From: Myxococcota bacterium
GTDB lineage: Bacteria > Myxococcota > XYA12-FULL-58-9 > JALHOP01
Assembly (NCBI GenBank): GCA_041288095.1
Contig: JBGGMJ010000194.1
Location: 1-40,687, forward strand
DNA length: 40,687 nt
Reading direction: 5' to 3'
The position numbers and the translations under genes are program-made. Positions 25,457 through 35,937 of this stretch are shown one piece after another. Position 1 is the first letter of the stretch. Each line of letters starts with the position of its first letter. The notes under the pieces are model-generated. The model was not told the DNA's origin, ran no database searches, and saw nothing but the letters and a program-made list of their open reading frames with translations.

Positions 25457-26785
25457 GTGTCTTTCGATCAATTTGCTTTACATAACAGCCTAGTCGCTGC
25501 TGTCCGCAGCCAGGGCTACACGACTCCCACTCCTATCCAAGCCGCCGCGATTCCGCGCGTGCTTGCCGGGCGCGACGTCCTCGCCTGCGCCCAGACCGGT
25601 ACCGGCAAGACCGCCGCATTCGCCCTACCGATCCTGAACCGCATCATCAACGAAAGTCAGCGTCAGCGGCGCCCCAAGGCTCTGGTCTTGGTGCCGACGC
25701 GCGAGCTCGCCATCCAGGTGGCCGAGAGCTTCGAAGCCTATTCCGACGGTGACGTGCGCGCCGTCGTGCTCATCGGCGGCGTTGGCCAGGGCGGACAAGT
25801 CGCCGGGCTTCGCGCTGGAGCCGAGGTCATCGTCGCTGCTCCGGGTCGCTTGCTCGACCTCATGCAGCAAAACCTCGTCGACCTGCGCGGCATTCACACG
25901 CTGGTCCTCGATGAAGCCGACCGCATGCTCGACATGGGCTTCATTCAACCGCTGAAGCTGATTGTCGCGGTGCTGCCGCGCGTGCGCCAGAACCTGATGT
26001 TCTCGGCGACCATGCCGGAGCCGATTCGCAAGCTCGCGAGCTCGATTCTGCAGAACCCAGAGAGCATCGCCGTGAATCCGGTCTCCCAGGCCGCGGGCAC
26101 GGTCACGCAGCACGTCTACCACGTGCCGCAAAAGCAAAAGCCCGAGCTGCTGCGTAATCTGCTGGTCGCCGAAGAGATGGGCCGCACGCTCGTCTTCACG
26201 CGCACCAAGCATGGCGCCGATCGCTTGGCTCGGAGCCTCGCGCAAGGTGGTGTCGAGGCCGTCGTCATCCATGGCAACAAGTCGCAGAACAACCGCGTAC
26301 GGGCGCTCGAGTCATTTCGCTCGGGTCGCGTGCCGTTGCTCATCGCGACCGATGTCGCGGCCCGCGGTATCGATGTCGATGGCGTCTCGCATGTCATCAA
26401 CTACGAGTTGCCGAACGAGCCCGAGAGCTACGTGCACCGCATCGGCCGCACTGGCCGCGCCGGCGCGACCGGTAGCGCTATCGCTTTCTGTGATCCGGCG
26501 GAGAAAGACTATCTGCGGCAGATCGAGCGCCTCACGCGCAAGCAACTGCAGGTCGTCTCCGATCGTCCGGCTCAAGCCCCGACCAAGGCACCGATTCGCA
26601 ACACCGAGCCGCAAGAGTACTCTCCGCACCAAGATCCGCGTCGTCGCCAGCAGCGCCGCCCGGGTGCTGGTCAGAGCCAAGGCTCGCGCACCGGTGGTCA
26701 GCAAGGTCGTCGCCAGACTCGTCAAAGCTCGGGCGGCCCGACCCATGGTAGTTGGGGTCCGCCGCGTCGTAGCGCAAGCCGCTAG
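25457..26785 (+). CDS. rhlE: DEAD-box ATP-dependent RNA helicase (RhlE-like)
   Basis: Q motif GYTTPTPIQ, AQTGTGKT, PTRELA, LDEAD, SAT, HGNKSQ, ARGID, HRIGRTGRAG, and an Arg/Gln/Gly-rich tail. Confidence 0.9.
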   Translation: MSFDQFALHNSLVAAVRSQGYTTPTPIQAAAIPRVLAGRDVLACAQTGTGKTAAFALPILNRIINESQRQRRPKALVLVPTRELAIQVAESFEAYSDGDVRAVVLIGGVGQGGQVAGLRAGAEVIVAAPGRLLDLMQQNLVDLRGIHTLVLDEADRMLDMGFIQPLKLIVAVLPRVRQNLMFSATMPEPIRKLASSILQNPESIAVNPVSQAAGTVTQHVYHVPQKQKPELLRNLLVAEEMGRTLVFTRTKHGADRLARSLAQGGVEAVVIHGNKSQNNRVRALESFRSGRVPLLIATDVAARGIDVDGVSHVINYELPNEPESYVHRIGRTGRAGATGSAIAFCDPAEKDYLRQIERLTRKQLQVVSDRPAQAPTKAPIRNTEPQEYSPHQDPRRRQQRRPGAGQSQGSRTGGQQGRRQTRQSSGGPTHGSWGPPRRSASR

Positions 26786-26803
26786 CTCGCACGGCATGCG
26801 GAC

Positions 26804-27466
26804 ATGACGCCGCCGTTCAATCGCATCTTCGCGGCCATCCTGTTCGACATGGATGGCACGCTCATCAACTCCATCGCCGTTGCCGAACGGGTATGGGGCG
26901 CATGGGCGCGCCGCCACGGGTTGGACGTCGCGAAGTTCTTGCCGACCATTCATGGCCGCCGTGTGCCCGAGACCATCGCTGGCGCCGGCATCCCCGGCAT
27001 CGACATCGCGCGCGAGTCCGCGGAGATCACCGCGGCCGAGCTCGAGGATGTCGAAGGCATCGTGCCGATACCCGGGGCCATCGAGCTCCTCGCCTCCGTT
27101 CCAGCGGAGAGGCAAGCGCTCGTTACATCGGCGCCACGCGCGCTCGCGCTACGCAGGCTCGCGGCGGCAGGCATCACGCCGCCACGCATCATCGTCTCCG
27201 GTGACGACGTTAGCCGTGGCAAGCCGGCACCTGCCTGCTATCTGCTCGCGGCGCAGCGCCTGGGTATCTACGCCGCGGATTGTCTCGTCGTCGAAGACAC
27301 GCCCGCGGGGATCGCGGCGGGTGAAACCGCGGGTGCCACGGTGCTCGTCATCAATGCAACGCACCACGAGCCGCTCATCACGCCGCACACGCAGCGCCCG
27401 AGCTTCGCCTCGCTGCGCATCGAAGTGAAGAGCGACGGTTGGTTGCGCGTTCGCGAGACCGGATAA
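26804..27466 (+). CDS. HAD-IA family hydrolase (sugar-phosphatase-like)
   Basis: FDMDGTL motif I, VTSA motif II, GKPAP and VVEDTPAG motifs III/IV. Confidence 0.9.
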   Translation: MTPPFNRIFAAILFDMDGTLINSIAVAERVWGAWARRHGLDVAKFLPTIHGRRVPETIAGAGIPGIDIARESAEITAAELEDVEGIVPIPGAIELLASVPAERQALVTSAPRALALRRLAAAGITPPRIIVSGDDVSRGKPAPACYLLAAQRLGIYAADCLVVEDTPAGIAAGETAGATVLVINATHHEPLITPHTQRPSFASLRIEVKSDGWLRVRETG

Positions 27467-27499
27467 GCTCCGCCCCCGGTGGCGTGTTAAGCTCGGGTC

Positions 27500-28009
27500 A
27501 TGCCTCCTCCCCAGGCCGGCGCCGTGCTGCACGACCTCAAGGGTCCAAAGACGTCGCGCATCCCCTTCATCGTGTTTCTCGCGCTCATCTGCTTCTGCCC
27601 GCTCTACTTCGCGCCACACTTCTGGCTCATCGGGCTGGGCGCGTTCGTGCTCTTCACGGCCTTCTACTGGTTCGGCGAAAACGCCTCGGCGCGTAGGCGG
27701 CGCCTCGACTTCGTCTGCGAAAACGGACTTGTCGTCAGCGAGCGCGGCGCCGACACGGTCATTCCGTGGAAAGACGTGCAGAGCGTCAGCGCGTGGTCAC
27801 ATCGCACGACCACGGGCTACGACGTCAACGCGCGCGACACGCGTTATCGCTTGGACTCGGGCTCGACGAAGAAGCTGCGACCGGTGATCGACACGGTCGT
27901 CGCCAAGGCGCCGCTCGAGTGGATCCACGAGAACATCGCGGTCCGGCCGGAGAACGCGCCGAAGGCACGCGAAACGTTGGACAAGATCTTGGCGACGATC
28001 GGGCGCTAG
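27500..28009 (+). CDS. Hypothetical membrane protein (2 TM plus a soluble domain)
   Basis: Two hydrophobic helices, then G.VV.....IPWKDV. Preceded by TGtTAAGCT plus 6 nt (leaderless). Confidence 0.65.
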   Translation: MPPPQAGAVLHDLKGPKTSRIPFIVFLALICFCPLYFAPHFWLIGLGAFVLFTAFYWFGENASARRRRLDFVCENGLVVSERGADTVIPWKDVQSVSAWSHRTTTGYDVNARDTRYRLDSGSTKKLRPVIDTVVAKAPLEWIHENIAVRPENAPKARETLDKILATIGR

Positions 28010-30469
28010 CTACGCCTTGATCTTCGCGTTGTCGGCATCGAACATCGGCTTGAGCGAGGCGACCGCCGGATAACGCGTGCCGGCGATGTCGACTTCCCAG
28101 GTGCCGTTGTCGATCCACGTTTGGTCGAGCGGCTCCTTGGCATCGATCATCGCGAGCCCCACGGCGCCGCCGAGCGTGTGTCCGTACGACGCCGCGCGGA
28201 TGTAGCCGACGGCGATGTTGTTGCGACGGACGATCTCCGCGTGGAACATCATCGGCTCGGGATCCTTCACGAGCACCTGCAAGAGCCTCCGCGTTAGCGG
28301 ACCCGCGGCTTTCTTGGCGACCACCGCGTCCTTGCCGAGGAAACCGTTCGGCTTCTTCATGCTGACCGCGAAGCCCAAGCCGGCTTCGAGCACCGAGTCG
28401 GTGTTGTCGATGTCGTGTCCGTAATCGCGGTAGCCCTTCTCCATGCGCAGCGAGGCGAGCGCCTTCAAGCCCGCGTGGCGCAACCCGACCTGGGCGCCGG
28501 CTTCGACCAACTGATCGTAGACATGGCAGGCCTGCTCGGTGGGGATGTGGAGCTCGTAGCCCAGCTCACCGAGATACGTGATGCGAATGCACATCACCTT
28601 GGCGAAGCCGATATCGATCTCGCGCGCCGCGCGAAACGGGAACGCCGTGTTCGACATGTCGGCGCTGGTCACCAGCTGCATGAGCTCGCGTGAGCGCGGA
28701 CCTTGGATGTTGAGCTGCGCGTAGGCGCCTGTCACGTCGGTGACGAAGGCGTGCGCGTCGCGCGGGATGTGGCGACGCAGCCAGGTCTCGGTGTGACGGT
28801 GCGCCGTGTCCGAGGCAATGACGAAGAAATTCTCGTCGTCGTGTTTGGTGACCGTTAGATCCGCCTCGAGGGTGCCGGCTTCGTTGAGCCACTGTGTGTA
28901 CGTGATCATGCCTGGCGCGCCGTCGACGTCGTTGCCGGAGATGTGGTTGAGCACCTTGCCGGCGTCGCGGCCCTGCACCGCGAACTTCGCCATGAACGAC
29001 ATGTCCATGAGGATGACGCCCTCGCGACACGCCTTGTGCTCGGCCTCCCACTGCGGGAACCAGTTCTGGCGGTTCCACGAGAGCTTCTCGACCTTCGCCT
29101 CTTTGCCCGCTCCAGCGTACCAGTCGGCGCCTTCCCAACCGCTGACGTCGCGGAAGTACGCGCCTTGCGCCGCCAACCGGTCGTAGAAGGCCGGCTTCTT
29201 GGCGCCGCGAGCCGTCTGCATGCCGCGCGTCGGATAGTGGCACTGGTAGACCATGCCGAGTGACTCGACGGTGCGCGTCTTCCGGTATTGCGGAGTCGAT
29301 TGATAGCGATGAAGCCGGTCGATGTTCATGCCGGTGATGTCGATGTCCGGGGTGCCGGTCGCGATCCAATGCGCGAGCGCGCGGCCGATGCCGCCACCCG
29401 TGATGATGCCGATCGAGTTCAGACCCGCGGCGACGAAGAGGTTCTTGAGCTCCGGCGCTTCACCGAAGACGGGAGCGAGGTCGGGCGTGAAGCTCTCTGG
29501 GCCGCAGAAGAACTTCTTGACGCCGAGCTCCATCGACATCGGCACGCGCGCCATGGCCTTCTCGACGTACGGACCCATGCGGTCCCAGTCGGGCTCGATC
29601 TCACCGAACGAGAACTCGTCGGGAATGCCCTTCACGTTCCACGGGGCGCAGACCGGCTCGAACAAGCCGATCATCAGACCGCCGCCCTCTTCGCGGTAGT
29701 AACCGTAAGAGCCTGGGTCCTCGATGACCGGGAACGACTGCGAGATGCCCGGCATGCGCTCGGTGATGAGGTAGTAGTGCTCGGCCGCCTGGAGCGGGAT
29801 GTTGACGCCGAACTTCTCGCCGAGCTGACGCGCCCACATGCCGGTGCAGTTCACGACGACGTCGCAGGTGATGTCACCGAACGGCGTCGACACGCCGGTC
29901 ACGGCGCCGTTCTTCTTGTGGATGTCGGTCACGCCGACGCCCTCGAAGAGCTTCGCGCCTTGCATGCGCGCGCCTTTGGCGAGAGCCATGGTGCAGTCGA
30001 CGGGGTTCGCGCGACCGTCTTCCTTCACGTAGAAGCCGGCGAGGATGTCGTCCGTTTTAGCGAGCGGGAAGAGCTTCTCGACTTCCTTGCCGCCGATCTC
30101 GTGCACGTCGATGCCGCAGAAGCGATTGAACGCCGCGACGCGACGGTACTCCTCGAGGCGGTCCTTCTCGGCCGCGAGCTCGATGAAACCGACGGGCATG
30201 AAGCCGGTGGACTGGCCGGTCTCCGCTTCGAGCTTCGTGTAGAGATCGCGGGTGTACTTGCGCAGCTCGGTCGAGGTTTCCGAGGTGGAGCCGAAGGTCA
30301 CCACGAGACCCGCCGCGTGCCAGGTCGTGCCCGACGTCAGGCGGTCGCGCTCGAGCAGGACGACGTCTTTCACGCCCATGTGCGCCAGGTGGTAGGCGAC
30401 CGACGTTCCAATGATACCGCCGCCGATGACGACGACGCGCGCGTGGGTGGGCAGAGTGGGGTGGCTCAT
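28010..30469 (-). CDS. GcvT-family FAD-dependent oxidoreductase (sarcosine/dimethylglycine dehydrogenase-like)
   Basis: VVIGGGIIG, SGTTWHAAG (flavin-attachment His), GPESFTPD, a folate-binding domain with YLGELGYEL and LRMEKGYR. ATG 30469 (MSHPTLP). Confidence 0.92.
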   Translation of the reverse strand: MSHPTLPTHARVVVIGGGIIGTSVAYHLAHMGVKDVVLLERDRLTSGTTWHAAGLVVTFGSTSETSTELRKYTRDLYTKLEAETGQSTGFMPVGFIELAAEKDRLEEYRRVAAFNRFCGIDVHEIGGKEVEKLFPLAKTDDILAGFYVKEDGRANPVDCTMALAKGARMQGAKLFEGVGVTDIHKKNGAVTGVSTPFGDITCDVVVNCTGMWARQLGEKFGVNIPLQAAEHYYLITERMPGISQSFPVIEDPGSYGYYREEGGGLMIGLFEPVCAPWNVKGIPDEFSFGEIEPDWDRMGPYVEKAMARVPMSMELGVKKFFCGPESFTPDLAPVFGEAPELKNLFVAAGLNSIGIITGGGIGRALAHWIATGTPDIDITGMNIDRLHRYQSTPQYRKTRTVESLGMVYQCHYPTRGMQTARGAKKPAFYDRLAAQGAYFRDVSGWEGADWYAGAGKEAKVEKLSWNRQNWFPQWEAEHKACREGVILMDMSFMAKFAVQGRDAGKVLNHISGNDVDGAPGMITYTQWLNEAGTLEADLTVTKHDDENFFVIASDTAHRHTETWLRRHIPRDAHAFVTDVTGAYAQLNIQGPRSRELMQLVTSADMSNTAFPFRAAREIDIGFAKVMCIRITYLGELGYELHIPTEQACHVYDQLVEAGAQVGLRHAGLKALASLRMEKGYRDYGHDIDNTDSVLEAGLGFAVSMKKPNGFLGKDAVVAKKAAGPLTRRLLQVLVKDPEPMMFHAEIVRRNNIAVGYIRAASYGHTLGGAVGLAMIDAKEPLDQTWIDNGTWEVDIAGTRYPAVASLKPMFDADNAKIKA

Positions 30470-30536
30470 GGGGAGGCGCAATACAAGGCGGCGCGGCGAT
30501 GATCAACTTGAGTCAGACGCGGTATAAGCCTCGCCA

Positions 30537-31115
30537 ATGCGCCACCTCCCGACCCTCTTGTTGCTGGGCGTGACCGTCGTTCCATGCACCGCCGGCGCGG
30601 ACACCCATTTCGTCCGCGGCGCCCAAGTGCTTAGCGTTCCCTCGCCCTATGCGACGCCGGCGACCCCGTACCACGGGCTGTTTCTGCGCTTGCACGAGAA
30701 GGTCGACAAGCAGACCGGCGCTTCCGGGTTTGCCTTCGACAAGAACCTCGAGCGCATCAGATACTTTCAAGGCGAGAAGCCCGTGGCGATCGTGCCGGGG
30801 GAGGGCTGCGGCAAGCATCCGGTGGAGTGGCTCTACAAGGCGAAGGCCGTGGGCTGGTTCAGCAAGAAGCTGCCGGCGCTATTGCTCATCCAGGTCCCGG
30901 AGGACGCGAAGAGCGCGGCAGCGCCCAAGGTGTTGCCGGTGTGCAAGGAGGAGGGGGCGGTGCGCGCTTCGACGGTGCTGCGGACCGGCGGCGAGGAGCT
31001 CGCCTATGTCGTCTGTTCAGGCGACCTCAACGCTTGGCTCCAGGTCATGCGCTGGAGCGACCAGGGCGCATGGACCCCCATCGATGCGTTCACGGTGACC
31101 GACAACTGCCCGTGA
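30537..31115 (+). CDS. Hypothetical secreted protein
   Basis: N-terminal signal peptide MRHLPTLLLLGVTVVPCTAGA. TATAAG lies 8 nt upstream of the ATG. Confidence 0.65.
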   Translation: MRHLPTLLLLGVTVVPCTAGADTHFVRGAQVLSVPSPYATPATPYHGLFLRLHEKVDKQTGASGFAFDKNLERIRYFQGEKPVAIVPGEGCGKHPVEWLYKAKAVGWFSKKLPALLLIQVPEDAKSAAAPKVLPVCKEEGAVRASTVLRTGGEELAYVVCSGDLNAWLQVMRWSDQGAWTPIDAFTVTDNCP

Positions 31116-31158
31116 GGCCCGTGTCAGGCGGACAGACGCCGAATCGTCAATTCAGCGG

Positions 31159-31184
31159 TAACCAACTCGCGTTCACGCCCGATA
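31159..31184 (+). promoter_or_regulatory. Sigma-28-like promoter candidate (TAAC-N16-CCGATA)
   Basis: CCGATAT at 31179 in an intergenic region, then GGGGAG RBS and ATG 31216. The -35 spacing is imperfect. Confidence 0.4.
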
Positions 31185-31215
31185 TCCCCAACGAGCTCGA
31201 AACGGGGAGACCGGC

Positions 31216-31581
31216 ATGCACGACGTTCGATCCACCTCCGCAATCAGGACGCACGCCGCCACCGTCGAGCCGGCTACCACGCCCCTCGCAGCCCAGGTGC
31301 CCGCCACCCCCGCGGACACCTACGCCCGGTCGCGTGCCAGTGAGCCCCTCGCGCTGGGTCTCGTGATGGGTCTCAGCGCCGGCATGGCGCTCACCGCTGC
31401 CCTCGTCGCCGCGGGACTCAACGCCGGCGCCCCCATGGAGACCGTGCAGCTCGCGAAGGCCAGCGGCGTTCTGATGTTCGGCAGCGTCGCTGCTGGCGGG
31501 TTGATTGGTGGGGCTGTCGCCGCGTTGAACTACGCGGCCGCGGGTGTCGCGACCTGCGTGAAGCGCGCTTGGCATCGTTAG
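31216..31581 (+). CDS. Small hypothetical protein: Thr/Pro/Ala-rich N-terminus plus two Gly/Ala-rich hydrophobic helices
   Basis: MHDVRSTSAIRTHAATVEPATTPLAAQVPATPADTYARS, then LALGLVMGLSAGMALTAALVAAG and GVLMFGSVAAGGLIGGAVAAL. RBS GGGGAG. Confidence 0.65.
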   Translation: MHDVRSTSAIRTHAATVEPATTPLAAQVPATPADTYARSRASEPLALGLVMGLSAGMALTAALVAAGLNAGAPMETVQLAKASGVLMFGSVAAGGLIGGAVAALNYAAAGVATCVKRAWHR

Positions 31582-31625
31582 AGCGTTGACCCCGAGCCTC
31601 CCCTGCGGTTTGGATGGGGGTTCGC

Positions 31626-32519
31626 ATGGCAACCTGCTCTCAAGCCGAGGACTACGTCGCCGGGAAACTCTCCGCCGGCGACACACGCGCCTTCGAAGCG
31701 CACGCGGCGTCGTGTGCGACCTGCGCCAAGGCGCTCGTCAGGCGTAAGGCTGTCGAGCGGGCTGCCTCGGTGATGCGGCGCAATCAGGTCGCGCGTGACA
31801 CGCGCAGCGACGTCCCTTCCGCTCCCAATTCGCAGCTCGACGCGACGCCGGTCTCCGCGAGCGAGCTCGCCAGTGTCGCGAGCGAGCGCGAGGAGAGCCG
31901 GGAGCCGGACCTCGCGAGCGGCGCGAACGGCAAGCGCATCGCCATCGCGGTCGGCGTCGTGCTGACCGTGGGCGTGGCCATCGCCTTGTGGTCGAGCAGC
32001 GGCACGACGCAGTCGCAGCCAGAAGCCCCACCCGTCGCCGCCGCGCCCCTGCCCACCGAGCCGACGCCGGAACCGCAACCCCAGCCCGTGGTGGCCGCGC
32101 CAGCCGAGGTGCCACCTCCGGAGCCCCCGCATCCCATCGCCGAGGTTCCCGCCAAGGCACCGGCACCAACGCCCACCAAGACCGACGCCAAGCAGCAAGA
32201 GTGGCTGCCCATCGGCACCGACATCGAAGAGCTCGCCTCGACCGTCGCCGGCAAACGTTGCGGCTCCGCCGTCACCGCCCTGCGCGACCGCGTCACCAAG
32301 AACAAGGCCGAGGCCCGCTCCTGGGCGCTCCTCACCACCTGCTATGCGAAGCGCAAGCGTTGGCAGCTCGCCCTCGACGCCTACGACATGGTGGTGCAGT
32401 ACGGCGACCAGGCGCTCGTCGCTAGCGTGCAGAACCACGCCGATGCCGCGCGTGCCGGGCAAAAGGCCGAGGCCGAGGCCGCCGCGGCTGCTGCTCCCGC
32501 CGTCGCTCCGCCAGAGTGA
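31626..32519 (+). CDS. zf-HC2 (anti-sigma-like) membrane protein with a Pro-rich linker and a TPR-like C-terminus
   Basis: DYVAGKLS....AFEAHAASCATC (HxxxCxxC), one TM (IAIAVGVVLTVGVAIALW), Pro-rich stalk, and helical ARSWALLTTCYAKRKRWQLALDAY. Confidence 0.75.
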   Translation: MATCSQAEDYVAGKLSAGDTRAFEAHAASCATCAKALVRRKAVERAASVMRRNQVARDTRSDVPSAPNSQLDATPVSASELASVASEREESREPDLASGANGKRIAIAVGVVLTVGVAIALWSSSGTTQSQPEAPPVAAAPLPTEPTPEPQPQPVVAAPAEVPPPEPPHPIAEVPAKAPAPTPTKTDAKQQEWLPIGTDIEELASTVAGKRCGSAVTALRDRVTKNKAEARSWALLTTCYAKRKRWQLALDAYDMVVQYGDQALVASVQNHADAARAGQKAEAEAAAAAAPAVAPPE

Positions 32520-32523
32520 CGCC

Positions 32524-32572
32524 AAAAATAGAAACGGCGCGCGGCACCCCACCACAGTGCGCCGCACGCCGT
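32524..32572 (-). terminator. Rho-independent terminator for the Crp-like gene
   Basis: GC-rich stem AACGGCG.GCGGC / GCCGC.CGCCGTT, followed on the minus strand by TCTATTTTT. Confidence 0.6.
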
Positions 32573-32607
32573 TCCCGAATACGACCTATGGACCCTGCTA
32601 GGGAGAG

Positions 32608-33309
32608 CTAGATGGCCAGGCGCTGAGCTGCCGGGACCTCGAACTCGTCAGTGCGCTCGTTCCAAGCGTTCTCGCTGTTGGCGATCTTGGTCGGCTCCGC
32701 AATGAGCGAGTACATGAGGCTCGTCTCTTCCTTCTCTTCCTTCTCCTCGCTCGGACGAGCGCGGAGCTCGGCGAGAGCGCGGAAGACCGAGCGCTCGGAC
32801 ACGCCGAGGACGGCGGCCAAGGCGCGGACCGGAAGGCCCAAGGAAGCCAAGACACCGAGGAGGCCCGAGAGGCGATCCGCGAGGCTCGAGGTCTCGAGCG
32901 CGAACCACGACAGCGAGCTGGCGTAGCGGCCGACGAGGTCACGCGTAATCCAGGCGCGCAGCTCGGCGGACGAGAACCACTCGTTCAGGAAGTCTTCACG
33001 GGGAATGCTGATGAGGTGACCAGGGGTGAGCAACCGGACCGAGTCACGGGCGGTGCTACCGGCCAGAACCTCACGGTCGCCGAGAATCGCCGGACCGCAC
33101 ATCAGCAAGGTGGTGCGGCCATTGCCGCGCTCGCCGACGTAGGCCCGGGCGTACCCGGAAACCAGAATGTAAATCTCATCGACCGGCTCGTCGGCACGGT
33201 AGAGCCGCTGACCGGCTCGCCCCACGAGCGAACGGTCTGCGAACCGCGCCTCGCGCTGGTCGATGGGGGTGGCTTTAATCTCACGAAGTAGGTTGAGCAG
33301 GGTGTCCAT
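32608..33309 (-). CDS. Crp/Fnr-family regulator (cNMP-binding domain plus HTH)
   Basis: AGQRLYRADEPVDEIYILVSGYARAY...ILGDREVL...R.DSVR cNMP-binding pattern. HTH LPVRALAAVLGVSERSVFRALAEL. Confidence 0.8.
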   Translation of the reverse strand: MDTLLNLLREIKATPIDQREARFADRSLVGRAGQRLYRADEPVDEIYILVSGYARAYVGERGNGRTTLLMCGPAILGDREVLAGSTARDSVRLLTPGHLISIPREDFLNEWFSSAELRAWITRDLVGRYASSLSWFALETSSLADRLSGLLGVLASLGLPVRALAAVLGVSERSVFRALAELRARPSEEKEEKEETSLMYSLIAEPTKIANSENAWNERTDEFEVPAAQRLAI

Positions 33310-33322
33310 GACAAACCTTCAG

Positions 33323-33339
33323 TGCAGGTCGCGTGCCCA
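33323..33339 (-). promoter_or_regulatory. Sigma-54 (-24/-12) promoter for the Crp-like gene
   Basis: Minus strand TGGGCACGCGACCTGCA: GG-N10-GC with a GGCACG core. Predicted +1 at about 33312, just upstream of ATG 33309. Confidence 0.7.
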
Positions 33340-33429
33340 AGCTGGGTGCAAGTAGGGTAGGGAGGGTGAGCGTCATGATTTCAGGATGTTACGTCGGTAC
33401 GTGCCAGTGTGGTCCGACGCACACAAAGG

Positions 33430-33446
33430 CCTGACAGCAGGTCAGG
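33430..33446. promoter_or_regulatory. Palindrome CCTGAC-N5-GTCAGG, candidate enhancer (UAS)
   Basis: Perfect 6-bp inverted repeat about 95-110 bp upstream of the sigma-54 -24 element, between the divergent crp-like and activator genes. Confidence 0.35.
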
Positions 33447-33542
33447 ACCTGAAGGTTGAATCCGACACTGTAGGGACGACCCGACGTTTGTTGGCTTCAA
33501 CCTCGACCTCACCCAGCACTTGGGCGGATAGTAGATTTGACG

Positions 33543-34940
<1,398 letters not shown>

Positions 34941-34966
34941 GCCGCCGATAAGGCGTTACCTTTCTC

Positions 34967-35899
34967 ATGATGCACTACATCGCTGGCGTCTCCGGGCCCT
35001 CGTTGGCTTTCTCTTCGGGCTCCGTGTCCGAGCGTCTCGTCGAGCGCACCATTCGTGGCAACAAGATGGTCTGCCGTGAGTGGGGCAAGCCCGGGAACCC
35101 CGTGGTCATCGGTATCCACGGCTTGAGCTCGAACTCGATCTGCTTCGCCGACATCGCCGAGGCGGTGGCCAAGGCCGGCTATCACGTCGTCGTCCCCGAC
35201 CTGCGCGGCCGCAACCTCAGCCCGGCGAGCGGCTCGCAAAGCTACGGCTGGCCGAATCACGGCAAGGACGTGTCTGCTATCGCGGACGATATCCGCAAGG
35301 AGACCCGCGGCGCTTGCGGCGAGAAGTTCAGCATCATGGGGCACTCGATGGGCGGGTACATCGCGCTCGACATGCCGCGCGAGCGTCTCGATCGCGTCGT
35401 CATCCTCGACGCCTTGGGCATCCCCGAGAGCGGCGCCGTTCAATCGGTTGGCGGCTCGGTCAATCGTCTCGACAAGACCTACCCCTCGGCCGATGCCTAC
35501 GTCGCCAGCATCAAGAACAAGGGCCTCATCAAGCCGTTCACCAAGACCTGGGACCGCCACTTCCGCGAGGAAGTCGTGGCGATCGCCGACGGGGTGACCC
35601 CGCGCACGAGCAAGAGCGCGGTCGACGAGGACACGGCCTACGCGATGATGCGTTCGTCGATGCCCTACTCCTTCGCCCAGTCGTGGAAGACGCTGCCGGA
35701 GCAGACCCTGGTCATCCGCGCCGGTCAGCCCATGACGCCCGTGCTGGGCCGCTTCATCAGCGATACCGACTCGTTCGCCTACAAGGCCCTGCGCGGTGAC
35801 AAGCTCTTCAAGACTGTCGACGCCAACCACTACACGGTGCTGACCGAGCCCCACACGATTTCGCTGGTCGCGAAGTTCTTCAAGGGCGAGTCGCTCTGA
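34967..35899 (+). CDS. Alpha/beta-fold hydrolase (esterase/lipase-like)
   Basis: IHGLSS oxyanion motif, PDLRGR, nucleophile elbow GHSMGG, catalytic His in DANHYT. Confidence 0.85.
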   Translation: MMHYIAGVSGPSLAFSSGSVSERLVERTIRGNKMVCREWGKPGNPVVIGIHGLSSNSICFADIAEAVAKAGYHVVVPDLRGRNLSPASGSQSYGWPNHGKDVSAIADDIRKETRGACGEKFSIMGHSMGGYIALDMPRERLDRVVILDALGIPESGAVQSVGGSVNRLDKTYPSADAYVASIKNKGLIKPFTKTWDRHFREEVVAIADGVTPRTSKSAVDEDTAYAMMRSSMPYSFAQSWKTLPEQTLVIRAGQPMTPVLGRFISDTDSFAYKALRGDKLFKTVDANHYTVLTEPHTISLVAKFFKGESL

Positions 35900-35937
35900 G
35901 CTTGCGGATGACGCGCCGCTGATTTAACTGCGGCCGC

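Noticed and set aside
27065..27070. CCGATA hexamers inside coding regions (for example 27065)
   Set aside because: The 27065 copy has no CAAC at the required spacing and is not positioned before a start codon, so it is background.
33435..33447. 13-bp sequence CAGCAGGTCAGGA repeated at 40612-40624
   Set aside because: Several 13-mer matches are expected by chance in 40 kb of GC-rich DNA, and the flanks do not extend the match.
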